Source of the DNA: Nitrospinaceae bacterium
GTDB taxonomy: Bacteria; Nitrospinota; Nitrospinia; Nitrospinales; VA-1
Length of the DNA: 64,000 bases
Assembly: GCA_046754465.1 (NCBI GenBank)
Contig: JBHHVU010000003.1
Span: 32,001-96,000 of the forward strand
Direction of reading: 5' to 3'
Of this stretch, positions 40,579 to 50,328 are shown one piece after another (position 1 is the first letter of the stretch; every line of letters begins with the position of its first letter). The translations under genes and the position numbers were made by a program. The notes under the pieces are model-generated. The model was not told the origin of the DNA, made no database searches, and saw nothing but the letters and a program-made list of their open reading frames with translations.

Positions 40579-41096
40579 CGCACCGGGCTTCCAACGTCCC
40601 GGGGGGTTACGCCCGTCCACCACTTACCCCACTTGATGGAGGAAACGTTTCTTCTGAAATTGGGCGCCGCCTGATAATACACCTCATACGCACCGGAATC
40701 TCTTTCCGCCTGGGTGGTGACCCATTGTCCGGGGGGAAAATCCTCCAGTTGTAATATCCAAACCTTCTCATGGTCTTTCTTCCGAATAACGAGATATCCT
40801 CTTTCCTTTCCAAAAAAGAAACTTCCGAACAGGGTGACGACCGTGCCCGGCGGACCGTCCAGGGTGAGGGTATACATCCCCTCACAAAAGTAATAGGGGA
40901 AATATCTCATATCCCTGACATCCTTACCTGCATCAACATAGAATAACTGCTCGCAGTCGTGATGAAGTTCGCCGTCAATGGCTGGGCCTCCATCGAACAA
41001 TTGCTCCTTCGACAGCATGAGTTCCTGTTTGGCCAGAACGGGACTGGATGCGAATAAAACGGCCGCCGTGATTCCAAATAAGATTTTAATTTTCAT
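40575..41096 (-). CDS. Exported hypothetical protein, beta/gamma-crystallin-like; paralog of 36836-37333
   Basis: Signal peptide ending VLA; GPPGTVVTLFG; NFRRNVSSIKW; GGAGG RBS. Confidence 0.72.
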   Translation of the reverse strand: MKIKILFGITAAVLFASSPVLAKQELMLSKEQLFDGGPAIDGELHHDCEQLFYVDAGKDVRDMRYFPYYFCEGMYTLTLDGPPGTVVTLFGSFFFGKERGYLVIRKKDHEKVWILQLEDFPPGQWVTTQAERDSGAYEVYYQAAPNFRRNVSSIKWGKWWTGVTPRDVGSPVR

Positions 41097-41237
41097 GACA
41101 CCCTCCCAAGGGTCGCGGCCCGGCCGGGCCGATATGAGCAATGAGTTTGCTTCCTCCCCCCTCCTTCCTCAATCATTGGCCGCGGAAAAAAACTAATTGG
41201 AAATTGTCTTTTTTTTTCAATTATAATAAACCCAACA

Positions 41238-43391
41238 ATGCTCCCAAAGAACAACTTTTCCACTCAGGATATGTCCTCCCCTTCCCACGCTGAAAAAGAG
41301 CCCTCTGCGGCGGAACGCAAACAAGACCCCACCCCCGCGGGCGGCTCCTCTCCAATGACATCCGCACCGGACGCCGCGAAGGGTGTACGATCCCGTACTG
41401 GCTCTGCCTTTAAATCGGTTTCACGGTTCGTCTGGATGGCGGTCTTGGTGGCGGGGTTGATATTTGGGCTGGACAGGATTCTTCCCCTGGGAGTAGCCGA
41501 CGGGGTGCTTTACGTCGCGCTCGTCCTCATCGGCCTGCGTTCCCGAAGCCAGAAATTGATCGTCTGGGGCGCCCTGGCTGGTTCGGTCTTAACGGTGATC
41601 GGATTTTATCTTTCGCCCTCGGAAGGAGAGATTTGGAAGGCAGTCGCCAACCGGGCTCTGGGCGTCTTCACGATATGGATGACCGCCTTCCTCTGCCTGT
41701 GGCAAATCCGTGTGGGGAGTAAGCTTCAAAAGGCGCACGACGAACTGAAAAAACGCGCAAAGAACAGCATCGTACAATTGGACCAAACCAGCGAGCTTTT
41801 GCGGAAGGAAAGCGAGTTCGTCCAATTGCATAAGGATATCGCCGTCGCATCCAACGAAACCCGGGCTCTGGAAGACATCATGGAGTACTGCCTCAAGCGC
41901 ATCTGCGCTCACGCCGGTTGGCCGGTGGGTCATTTGTATCTGATTTCCGACCTTTCCTCGAAACGCCTGGTTCCGACGCGCATATGGTACCTGGAAGACG
42001 CGGACCGGTTTGAAACCTTTCGCCGGATCACCGAGGCGACCCCCTTCAATCCCGGTATCGGACTTCCCGGCCGGGTCTTTTCCAGCGGGAAACCCAACTG
42101 GATCATCGACGTCACCAAGGACCCCAACTTCCCCCGCGCCAAACTCGCGGAAAATATCGGAGTCAAGGCCGGCTTCGCTTTTCCGATTCTGGTGGGCGAG
42201 GAGATTGTTGGGGTGATGGAATTTTTCTCATCCCAACCCGTGGAGCCGGATGGGAAAATGCTCGCGATCATGGCCCAAATAGGCACCCAAATGGGAAGGG
42301 TGATCGAACGCAAACAGTCGGAGGATGATCAGGAAAAACTGCTGCACTCGCTCAGGAAACGGGTGAAGGAGTTGACCTCCATGTACGGGGTGGCCAACCT
42401 GGTCGGCACGTCCAAAACCATGAGGGAGGTCTTTCAAAAGGTGGAATCCCTCATTATTCCCGGCATGCAATATCCCGCCATCACCCGGGTGAAGGTCACC
42501 TTCGGAGGGGAGACCTTCTGTCCGCAGCCCTTCGAGGAAACTCCCTGGAAACTGTCAGGAGACATTTCGCTCAAGGAAGGGAGTCAGGGCCGCATCGAAG
42601 TGTATTACACCCAACCCACTCCCACGGCCGATGGCAAGGGTCCCTTCCTGAAAGAAGAACAATATATGATCGACGGCCTGGCCCGTTTCTTGAGCGTGGC
42701 GGCGGAGCGCAAGGAGGCGGAAAAAGAGATCGAACGGTCCCGCGAACAGTTGCGCAATCTTTACCGCCGCCTCGAACTGGTCCGCGAGGAGGAACGGACG
42801 CGGATAGCCCGGGAAATTCACGATGAGCTGGCGCAGGTCCTGACCACCTTGAAGTTGGAACTCTCTTTACTGGATAAAAAACTTTTAAAAATAGATTCTC
42901 CCTTGCAACCTTCCACCCAAATGATGCTGGGGTTGATCAACGACACGATCCAGGTCGGGAAAAATATCGTCCTGGATCTGCGGCCGCCGGTATTGGACGA
43001 TTTGGGGTTGCCGGAAGCGATCGAATGGGAGGCCCAGCTATTCGAACAACGCACCGGCATCGAGTGCGATTTGGAAATGGACAAATACAACTTCTCCCTG
43101 GATAAAGAAAGGTCGACCACCATCTTTCGAATTTTCCAGGAAACCCTGACCAATGTCACGCGCCACGCCAAAGCCGAGAAAATTTATGTTAAGCTAAAAG
43201 ATCAAGCGGATGTTATTACCCTCCAGGTCAAGGATAACGGAATCGGTATCACCCCCTCACAGATTTCCAATATCCGGTCCCTGGGACTTTTGGGGATGCG
43301 GGAACGCGCCCTGGTCTGGGAAGGGGAGGTGGATATCCAGGGCATCCCCAACCAGGGGACCACGGTAACCATTAAAATTCATCGGGATTGA
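41238..43391 (+). CDS. Membrane sensor histidine kinase (TM - GAF - HisKA_3 - HATPase); start uncertain
   Basis: Hydrophobic N-region; GAF GLPGRV, FAFPI; EERTRIAREIHDEL; QETLTNV.RHA, DNGIG, LGLLGMRER. Confidence 0.93.
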   Translation: MLPKNNFSTQDMSSPSHAEKEPSAAERKQDPTPAGGSSPMTSAPDAAKGVRSRTGSAFKSVSRFVWMAVLVAGLIFGLDRILPLGVADGVLYVALVLIGLRSRSQKLIVWGALAGSVLTVIGFYLSPSEGEIWKAVANRALGVFTIWMTAFLCLWQIRVGSKLQKAHDELKKRAKNSIVQLDQTSELLRKESEFVQLHKDIAVASNETRALEDIMEYCLKRICAHAGWPVGHLYLISDLSSKRLVPTRIWYLEDADRFETFRRITEATPFNPGIGLPGRVFSSGKPNWIIDVTKDPNFPRAKLAENIGVKAGFAFPILVGEEIVGVMEFFSSQPVEPDGKMLAIMAQIGTQMGRVIERKQSEDDQEKLLHSLRKRVKELTSMYGVANLVGTSKTMREVFQKVESLIIPGMQYPAITRVKVTFGGETFCPQPFEETPWKLSGDISLKEGSQGRIEVYYTQPTPTADGKGPFLKEEQYMIDGLARFLSVAAERKEAEKEIERSREQLRNLYRRLELVREEERTRIAREIHDELAQVLTTLKLELSLLDKKLLKIDSPLQPSTQMMLGLINDTIQVGKNIVLDLRPPVLDDLGLPEAIEWEAQLFEQRTGIECDLEMDKYNFSLDKERSTTIFRIFQETLTNVTRHAKAEKIYVKLKDQADVITLQVKDNGIGITPSQISNIRSLGLLGMRERALVWEGEVDIQGIPNQGTTVTIKIHRD

Positions 43392-43394
43392 ACC

Positions 43395-44048
43395 ATGATA
43401 AGACCAGAACAGAATGAGGAAAAAATCAAGGTGTTGATCGCGGACGACCACCCGGTTTTCCGGCAGGGCTTGAAACATACATTTTCGGAAACAGAGGATA
43501 TTCTGGCCACCGATGAAGTGGAAAACGGCGATGATCTGCTCATTAAAGCGCGGCAGGGAACTTATAATCTGGTTTTACTCGATATCTCCATGCCCGGCAA
43601 AAATATTCTTGATATCCTGAAACAGTTGAAGACGGAAAACCCCAAACTGCCTATTCTGGTGTTGAGCGTTTACCCGGAAGACCAGTACGCCGTCCGGTTC
43701 ATCAAGGCGGGCGCATCGGGGTACCTGACCAAGGAGAGCGCTCCCGAACAGTTAGTGGAAGCCGTTCGCAAGGTGGCCAACGGGGGTAAATTCGCCAGTG
43801 CCCGGATTACCGAGAAACTGGCCTTCGATTTCGCCAACCTGGACAAACCTCCGCACGAAAATTTATCCGACCGGGAATACCAAGTATTCTCCATGATCGC
43901 CGCCGGCCAATCCTTGACGGAAATCGGCAAAAAACTTTCCCTTAGCGTCAAAACCATCAGCACCCACCGGACACGCATCCTGGAAAAAATGAAAATGAAA
44001 AAGAACGCGGAATTGATCCATTACGCTATCACTCACAACCTGTTGTGA
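43395..44048 (+). CDS. NarL/UvrY-family response regulator
   Basis: IADDH, LDISMP, GYLTK; LuxR HTH LSDREYQV..LSVKTISTHR. Confidence 0.95.
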   Translation: MIRPEQNEEKIKVLIADDHPVFRQGLKHTFSETEDILATDEVENGDDLLIKARQGTYNLVLLDISMPGKNILDILKQLKTENPKLPILVLSVYPEDQYAVRFIKAGASGYLTKESAPEQLVEAVRKVANGGKFASARITEKLAFDFANLDKPPHENLSDREYQVFSMIAAGQSLTEIGKKLSLSVKTISTHRTRILEKMKMKKNAELIHYAITHNLL

Positions 44049-44421
44049 GGCCCCCCGGCAAACAACCGGAAAAGGATTTTCCCCGCCCTGCCAGAATGTT
44101 CACGCCTGAAAAGTATGGCCGTCCGGGGAATGCTTGAAATCGACTACCCTCCTTTCGCATTTCCTCTCCCCTCCCGGAAAAAAGATGAATCCCCTAACGG
44201 CCCTTTACGGATTCTTAATCCGTCAGATCGGGTTTCCGCCCCATTAAGTATTTTTCCTATCGTCATTCGGTGTTTCGCCCAAAAAAAAACCAGACATTAT
44301 CCGATACCGCTAAAAATTAAAATGACCTAGACTTCCACTGCCTATCCGGAAATTGAAACCAGACCTCGACGATCCGTGTCTGGAATCAGACCGGTATTCG
44401 TAACCCTCCGCGAGGGATCCC

Positions 44422-44883
44422 ATGAGGTCACTACGCCCCAACCAGGAAAAGCTAAATCGTGCCAAGCCGGCAAACCCTTTCGGGTTTTGGGTTTCCCAGC
44501 CGGTTTCCCACGGGAGGAAATATCTGGGTAGTTTTCTGGGGGGGTTGATTCTGCTAGGGATGGTGTTTTCCCTCGCTGAAGCACAGGCAAGGACTATTTC
44601 GTTGAATCCGCCGGACAAGGGAATTTCCCGTGTCAGCATTTCCAAAGGCGCGGCGGTTCAGCTGAGCAACGATTTCAAGGCGGCTCTCCACAACTTGATG
44701 ATCATTGAGGTTTCTTCCGGACGCAAGGTTATCAGTGTCCGTAAATTTCTTCCCGGCCAGACGATGGAGCTCGAATTCAACCAAGAAGGAACTTATGTGA
44801 TCTGTTATTCGATCGGGCCCGAGGTCCAGCGGGTGAACGATATGTGTCTGCAAATAAACGTGGGGGGATTGCAGCCGGTTTGA
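44422..44883 (+). CDS. Exported cupredoxin-like protein (start uncertain)
   Basis: Signal ending AQA; I.KG..V...N....HN; PGQT.EL.F.QEGTY..C...M...I.V. Confidence 0.6.
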   Translation: MRSLRPNQEKLNRAKPANPFGFWVSQPVSHGRKYLGSFLGGLILLGMVFSLAEAQARTISLNPPDKGISRVSISKGAAVQLSNDFKAALHNLMIIEVSSGRKVISVRKFLPGQTMELEFNQEGTYVICYSIGPEVQRVNDMCLQINVGGLQPV

Positions 44884-44973
44884 TACCTTGGGCCGGAAAG
44901 TAAAACGTTAGCATTTTTCTGTTACACACCGTAAGACCAACTTCAACTGTCAATTTTGGAAAGGAGAAGGGGA

Positions 44974-45414
44974 ATGAAAAAGATCATCTTGTTTACGGCA
45001 ATTTTTATCGTCAGTCTCTGTGCTTCCGCGTTCGCGGCGCAGATCAACCAAAATCAGTCCGCCAGCTGTCAGGACGCGAATTCCATTGAAATCGCCATTG
45101 TCAAAACCACCCCGGCTTATAAGGACAAGTTCGGCTACACCAGCAACGACAGGGGCACGGCCAACCTGGTGATTTGGAAATCCTCCAACTATACCACCAT
45201 CCCGCTCACCCTGGGTCCGAACGACAGCAACAAGACCGTCATGGGCAAGGATCATGGGAGAACCGGCTTGGACATCATCGGCTCCATGGGCGTCAGCAAA
45301 GTTGTTTTGACCCATCAGCCGAAATTCAGCCGGGGTGACTCCATTGGGGATATCAGCGGCCTGGTAAAAATCACCAACACCGGTACCGTTCCCGTTACGG
45401 TCACCTGTAAGTAA
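44974..45414 (+). CDS. Exported hypothetical protein
   Basis: AAGGAG RBS, signal peptide ending AFA, host-like codon use, terminator downstream. Confidence 0.8.
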   Translation: MKKIILFTAIFIVSLCASAFAAQINQNQSASCQDANSIEIAIVKTTPAYKDKFGYTSNDRGTANLVIWKSSNYTTIPLTLGPNDSNKTVMGKDHGRTGLDIIGSMGVSKVVLTHQPKFSRGDSIGDISGLVKITNTGTVPVTVTCK

Positions 45415-45453
45415 AATTCAAGGACTTTATAGCGAGTAAGGTCCTTACCCTGG

Positions 45454-45484
45454 AACAGCCGGCCCTTGGCCGGCTGTTTTTTTT
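45454..45484 (+). terminator. Intrinsic terminator
   Basis: aacagccggcc-ctt-ggccggctgtt followed by a T-run. Confidence 0.9.
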
Positions 45485-45691
45485 CCTCTCCCACCGCCCC
45501 CTCATGGAAACCCCGGTTGCCTCTGTAAAATCGATTTGAATAAGCCTCCCTTCCAGGTTTCCCGGGAAAGTCAACGTAGAGAAAACCGGGTTTTCAGGTT
45601 AAACGGATGGGAATAATCGTGGGAATGGCCAGAGAAAGATAATAAAACAAAGGAGGGTAGAAAAACGATCCCTGGCCGCAGGGGGCGAGGG

Positions 45692-45907
45692 TTAAATCTG
45701 GCTTCTGTAGATCAAAATATTCATCAGCCGGCGGTAATGGTCGTCCGAAAAAAGTTCAGCGTCATCCTGATGCAGATTATAAGCACCGAGAGATTCAAAA
45801 ATTCCCGGCCGGGCGTTATTCTTAGCGACTAAAACCAGGCGCCTCTTTTCCGCCCCGGCCAAGTTGGTTTTGAGTGAATAAATTTTTCTTTCCTCGATCT
45901 TATGCAC
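45692..45907 (-). CDS. Small hypothetical protein (71 aa)
   Basis: GTG start preceded by GAGGGG RBS. Confidence 0.45.
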   Translation of the reverse strand: MHKIEERKIYSLKTNLAGAEKRRLVLVAKNNARPGIFESLGAYNLHQDDAELFSDDHYRRLMNILIYRSQI

Positions 45908-46159
45908 TCTTTCCCCTCATAAAACTCGTGGAAAAAGAACCCGAAGGTTTGTTGGAATAACTTGATAACAGGGATGAGCAAAATATATACCACAAACGGG
46001 GTATTCTCAACACAATAATATAACAGCCCATAATTAAACAAGTTATGCTAGAGAACGGGCTCGCGCCGCGACAAACACTTCGCCGTAATTTCAGGTATTG
46101 TCAGGAATTTTGACGCAGGATGGGTTGCCGAACCGGTTCCCACGCCAAAAGGGACCGAA

Positions 46160-47290
46160 TCAGGAAAGGGTCTTTTTGAACCTTTTGATCGTCAACCAGA
46201 GGGTGAGCGTACCCAGCAGCAGCAACGCCGCCATTTGAGGCCAGAGAATATTGAAACCCAGTCCCTTGAGAAAGATTCCTCTGGAAATAATGACAAAATA
46301 CCGCATGGGATTCAGGTAAGTCATCCATTGAACGATTTCCGGCATATTGGCGATAGGAAAAAAGAATCCAGAGAGAAGGTTGACGGGGAAAATATAGAAG
46401 AAAGCGCTCATCATGGCCTGCTGTTGCGTCCTGCTGATGGTGGAAATCAGAAGTCCCACACCCAGAGTGTTCATCAAGTAAAGACCGGCGGATACCAGCA
46501 TGGCCAACGGGTTTCCCCGTATGGGAACTTCAAACCAGAAGACGGCCACCAGGGAAATTATGAAAACGTCCATAAAACCCAGGAGGGCAAATGGCAGCGT
46601 TTTCCCCAGAATGAATTCCCCCGGTCGAATGGGTGTCACCATGATCTGTTCCATCGTGCCGATTTCCTTTTCCCGCACCACCGCCATGCTGGTCAGCATG
46701 ACCGTCACCACCAGAACGAGCAGGCTGATCACGCCTGGGACATAGAACAGGCGGCTTTCCAGGTTTTCATTAAACCAGGCTCGATTTTCCAGTTCTACTT
46801 TTCCAGGTTCTATCCGCGACCCGACGAACCGGGAAAACTGCTTCCTCAAAAGCTCTTGCGAATACCGACCCGTGATCTGATTGCTATAATCAAGCACAAT
46901 TCCGGCAGTATTGGAATCGGTCCCATCCACGATCACCTGCAAAGCCGCTTTTTTCCCGGCACGCAGGTTTGCTTCAAACCCTTTGTTGAACCGCAAAATG
47001 GCCTGAACCCTTCCCCGGTCCATCAATTGCCTCATCTGAGATTCATTGGACACACGGGTAACCATATCGAAATATCCCGAATGCTCGAACCGGGACGTTA
47101 ACTCGCGGCTCGCGACACTGTTATCCAGATCCAGGACCGCCGTTGCCACATGGTCCACGTCAGTATTCACCGCATATCCGAATAAGATCATTTGCATCAC
47201 CGGGGTAATGAAAACGATGGTTTTCATTCGAGGATCACGAAATATCTGAATGAACTCCTTAATCAGCATGTACTTGAGACGTTCAAACAT
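46160..47290 (-). CDS. ABC-2 permease (YbhR-like)
   Basis: KEFIQIFRD, DGTDSN, REKEIGTMEQIMVTP, LLSGFFFPI.NMP. Confidence 0.93.
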   Translation of the reverse strand: MFERLKYMLIKEFIQIFRDPRMKTIVFITPVMQMILFGYAVNTDVDHVATAVLDLDNSVASRELTSRFEHSGYFDMVTRVSNESQMRQLMDRGRVQAILRFNKGFEANLRAGKKAALQVIVDGTDSNTAGIVLDYSNQITGRYSQELLRKQFSRFVGSRIEPGKVELENRAWFNENLESRLFYVPGVISLLVLVVTVMLTSMAVVREKEIGTMEQIMVTPIRPGEFILGKTLPFALLGFMDVFIISLVAVFWFEVPIRGNPLAMLVSAGLYLMNTLGVGLLISTISRTQQQAMMSAFFYIFPVNLLSGFFFPIANMPEIVQWMTYLNPMRYFVIISRGIFLKGLGFNILWPQMAALLLLGTLTLWLTIKRFKKTLS

Positions 47291-47292
47291 TA

Positions 47293-48426
47293 CTACCCCA
47301 GTTTCTTTTTGAACTTGATGACCGCCAGCCCGATCATGACTACGGCAAAAAGGGTGAGAAGCCCAGCCTCCAGGAACATCACTTCCAACCCCACTCCTTT
47401 CAGGTAAACGCCCTTGAGAAGATGCACCAGGTACATCGCGGGAACCAGGTGCGTGATCCATTGGACCACCACCGGCATGTTGTTTATGGGAAAGGCGAAT
47501 CCGGAAAGCAGAAATGCCGGGATGAAGGTGGTGAGCAAGGCCAGCTGGTTGGCCAGGAGCTGGTTTTTGGTAAGGATGCTGATCAGCATGCCCATCGAGG
47601 ACGCCCCCACGAGAAACACTGATGCCAGGCCAAAGAGCAGCCACACGCTCCCACGCAGGGGCACATGAAAAAGAAATTCGCCCATGAGCACGGCCAGCAA
47701 AACGTCGAATATCCCGATGGCAAAATACGGCGCCAGTTTACCCAGTATCAGTTCGGGTCCCGTCAAGGGGGTGGAAATGAGCTGTTCCATGGTCCCGCGT
47801 TCCCATTCCCGGGCTACCGTTAAGGAAGTCAGAAGCGCGGCGATAACCATCATGATCACCGCAATCAGTCCGGGAATGATGAAATTCTTCGATTCCATAT
47901 CGGCATTGAACCAGACGCGCGGCCTAACATCCACAGGCCTCTCCAGAATTTTTCCCATTACCTTGCGAATGTCCCGCAAAACCACTTCTTCAGAATAAGC
48001 CAGAGTGACCGCCGTCGCATACCCCGTCGCAATGGTGGCCGTGTTGGCATCACTGCCATCCACAATCCATTGCACCTGAACCGGCCGTCTGGATTCCAGC
48101 CGCTGAGCAAAATCGCGGGGAAGAATCAACCCGGCAAGAATTGTTCCCATATCGATCGCTCGTTCCAAATCGCGGTAATTTTCCGTGTGACCTTTTATCT
48201 GAAAGTAGCGCGAGGCTTTAAATCGGCTGATAAATTCCCGGCTGGCAGGCGATTCGCTCTGATCCCAAACCATGATCGGCACATTATCCACATCAAGGGT
48301 CAGCGCGTAAGCAAATAACAACAAAAGAATGACCGGGATGACGACGCCCATTATAATACTGCGGGGATCCCTGATGACGTGGATGAATTCTTTCCGGGTC
48401 ATGGCCCGGATGCGGCCATAATTCAT
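47293..48426 (-). CDS. ABC-2 permease (YbhS-like)
   Basis: KEFIHVIRDPRS, DGSDANTA, AREWERGTMEQLISTP. Confidence 0.93.
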   Translation of the reverse strand: MNYGRIRAMTRKEFIHVIRDPRSIIMGVVIPVILLLLFAYALTLDVDNVPIMVWDQSESPASREFISRFKASRYFQIKGHTENYRDLERAIDMGTILAGLILPRDFAQRLESRRPVQVQWIVDGSDANTATIATGYATAVTLAYSEEVVLRDIRKVMGKILERPVDVRPRVWFNADMESKNFIIPGLIAVIMMVIAALLTSLTVAREWERGTMEQLISTPLTGPELILGKLAPYFAIGIFDVLLAVLMGEFLFHVPLRGSVWLLFGLASVFLVGASSMGMLISILTKNQLLANQLALLTTFIPAFLLSGFAFPINNMPVVVQWITHLVPAMYLVHLLKGVYLKGVGLEVMFLEAGLLTLFAVVMIGLAVIKFKKKLG

Positions 48427-49412
48427 CGCTTCACTTCCTCCTGGGCATCCAGGGACCGCTCCCGGCCCTGAATGAGCGCCACAAAAATATTCTCCAGGGA
48501 AGGTGGAATCCTTTCGATCCGATCCACCCGATAACCGTTTTTATCCAGCAGATGGAAAATTCGTTGTTCCGCGGAGGGGTCGTCCTCCATGACAACGTGG
48601 AGGCTCAATCCGAACAGGGAGACATCTTGAATTCCCGGTTGTCCTTCCAGGTCAATCATTGCATCCTGGGGCCGATCACATAAAATCTCCCAAACGGTTC
48701 CCTGCATCCATTCCGATTTAAGCTGTTCCGGAGTTCCGCAGGCGATTAGTTCGCCTCTGTAAAGAAGGCCCAACCGATTGCAGTTTTCCGCTTCGTCCAT
48801 GTAATGGGTCGTGACGAAAACGGTGACTCCCTGCTCGGAAAGTTCATAAATGAGGTCCCAGAAGCGGCGGCGGTTAATCGGGTCCACTCCCGAAGTAGGT
48901 TCATCCAAAAAAAGGATGCGGGGCTCGTGAAGGACTGCACATCCCAGGGCCAGCCGCTGTTTCAATCCGCCAGGGAGAATTCCCGTGGGCGATTCGCGAT
49001 ATTCCCGGAGGTGTGCCATCTCAATGACCCATTCTTTTCGATCCTTTTTCTTTTTCTGGGGAATTTGATAGATGCCGCTGAAAAAATCAATGTTCTCCTC
49101 CACCGTCAGGTTCTGGTAAAGCGAGAACTTCTGGCTCATGTAGCCAATGTGGGATTTGATGTCCTCGGTTTGCGTGAGGATATCGTATCCCGCAACGGTC
49201 CCCGTCCCTGCCGAGGGGAGAAGGATGCCGCACAGCATCCGGATGGTCGTCGACTTTCCCGAGCCGTTGGGTCCGAGAAACCCAAACACCTCGCCCGTTT
49301 TAACTTCAAAACTGACTCCATTGACAGCAGTGAATCCGCCAAACCGTTTCACCAGTTCCTTGACGACCACCGCGTTTTCCCGGTTACCCATTCGCGCGCC
49401 CGCCGAGTTCAT
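48423..49412 (-). CDS. ABC transporter ATP-binding protein (YbhF C-half-like)
   Basis: GPNGSGKST, LPGGLKQR, LDEPTSGVDP, THYMDEAE. Confidence 0.95.
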   Translation of the reverse strand: MNSAGARMGNRENAVVVKELVKRFGGFTAVNGVSFEVKTGEVFGFLGPNGSGKSTTIRMLCGILLPSAGTGTVAGYDILTQTEDIKSHIGYMSQKFSLYQNLTVEENIDFFSGIYQIPQKKKKDRKEWVIEMAHLREYRESPTGILPGGLKQRLALGCAVLHEPRILFLDEPTSGVDPINRRRFWDLIYELSEQGVTVFVTTHYMDEAENCNRLGLLYRGELIACGTPEQLKSEWMQGTVWEILCDRPQDAMIDLEGQPGIQDVSLFGLSLHVVMEDDPSAEQRIFHLLDKNGYRVDRIERIPPSLENIFVALIQGRERSLDAQEEVKR

Positions 49413-50328
49413 TTTCTTTTCCTAGAATGGAAACAAAAATATCTTCCAGGCTGGGTTCAATAATACGGATCCCCTGAACCTGAAAACCGGCCAATCGCAG
49501 AAAAGATTCGATTTCCGCAAGGGTCCGGTCCGGATCCTGGCTGACGACATGCACCCGGTCACCGAACAAACTGGCAGATCCTAATCCCGGCTTTTCCTGC
49601 AAGAGGTGAAAAACTTCCCTGGACTGGATCGTTCGGACCTGGATGACAGCGCCGGGCATCAGTTTTTTCACTTCCTTGGGCGGACCAATGGTCAAAAGCC
49701 CGCCTTTATGGATGAGGCCAACACGGTGGCAGCGTTCGGCTTCATCCAAGTATGCCGTCGAGAGAAAAATGGTGACGTTCTGGCGAAGGAGTTGATCCAG
49801 GATATTCCAGAAATCCCGGCGCGACACGGGATCGACCCCGTTGGTAGGTTCATCGAGAAAGAGAACCCTGGGGGTGTGAATTAAAGCGCAAACCAGGCCC
49901 AGCTTCTGCTTCATGCCTCCCGAAAGATTTCCCGCAAGCCGTCTTTTAAAGGGAGCCAGGTTGCTGAAGGAAAGAAGCCGGGCGATTGTTTGCTCCCTTC
50001 CCTTTCGTGGAACGGAGTAAATATCCGCATAAAAATGAATATTTTCCATCACCGTCAAGTCTTCATACAACCCAAATTGCTGGCTCATGTAGCCGATCTT
50101 TTCCTTGAGGGCTTCACCGTCTTTTACCACGTGGTGACCACAAACCCACGCGTCTCCGGAAGTCGGGTCCATGATCGCTGTTAACAGCCTCATGATGGTA
50201 CTCTTTCCCGCACCGTCGGGACCCACGAGACCAAAGATTTCTCCCTCATTAACGCTAAAGCTCAAGTCGTTCACCGCAACGAGGGAGCCAAATTTTTTAG
50301 TGAGATTTTCAAGCCGGATGGCAGTCAT
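49384..50328 (-). CDS. ABC transporter ATP-binding protein (YbhF N-half-like)
   Basis: GPDGAGKST, LSGGMKQK, LDEPTNGVDP, STAYLDEAE. Confidence 0.95.
   Translation of the reverse strand: MTAIRLENLTKKFGSLVAVNDLSFSVNEGEIFGLVGPDGAGKSTIMRLLTAIMDPTSGDAWVCGHHVVKDGEALKEKIGYMSQQFGLYEDLTVMENIHFYADIYSVPRKGREQTIARLLSFSNLAPFKRRLAGNLSGGMKQKLGLVCALIHTPRVLFLDEPTNGVDPVSRRDFWNILDQLLRQNVTIFLSTAYLDEAERCHRVGLIHKGGLLTIGPPKEVKKLMPGAVIQVRTIQSREVFHLLQEKPGLGSASLFGDRVHVVSQDPDRTLAEIESFLRLAGFQVQGIRIIEPSLEDIFVSILGKENELGGRANG

Noticed and set aside
47291..47644. N-terminal extension of the 494-aa permease ORF
   Set aside because: Overlaps the upstream permease; the family-typical start is MFERL at 47290.
48423..50328. Two ABC ATPase genes as a frameshifted ybhF
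   Set aside because: Each has complete motifs plus its own C-terminal domain and start; the split form is a normal arrangement.
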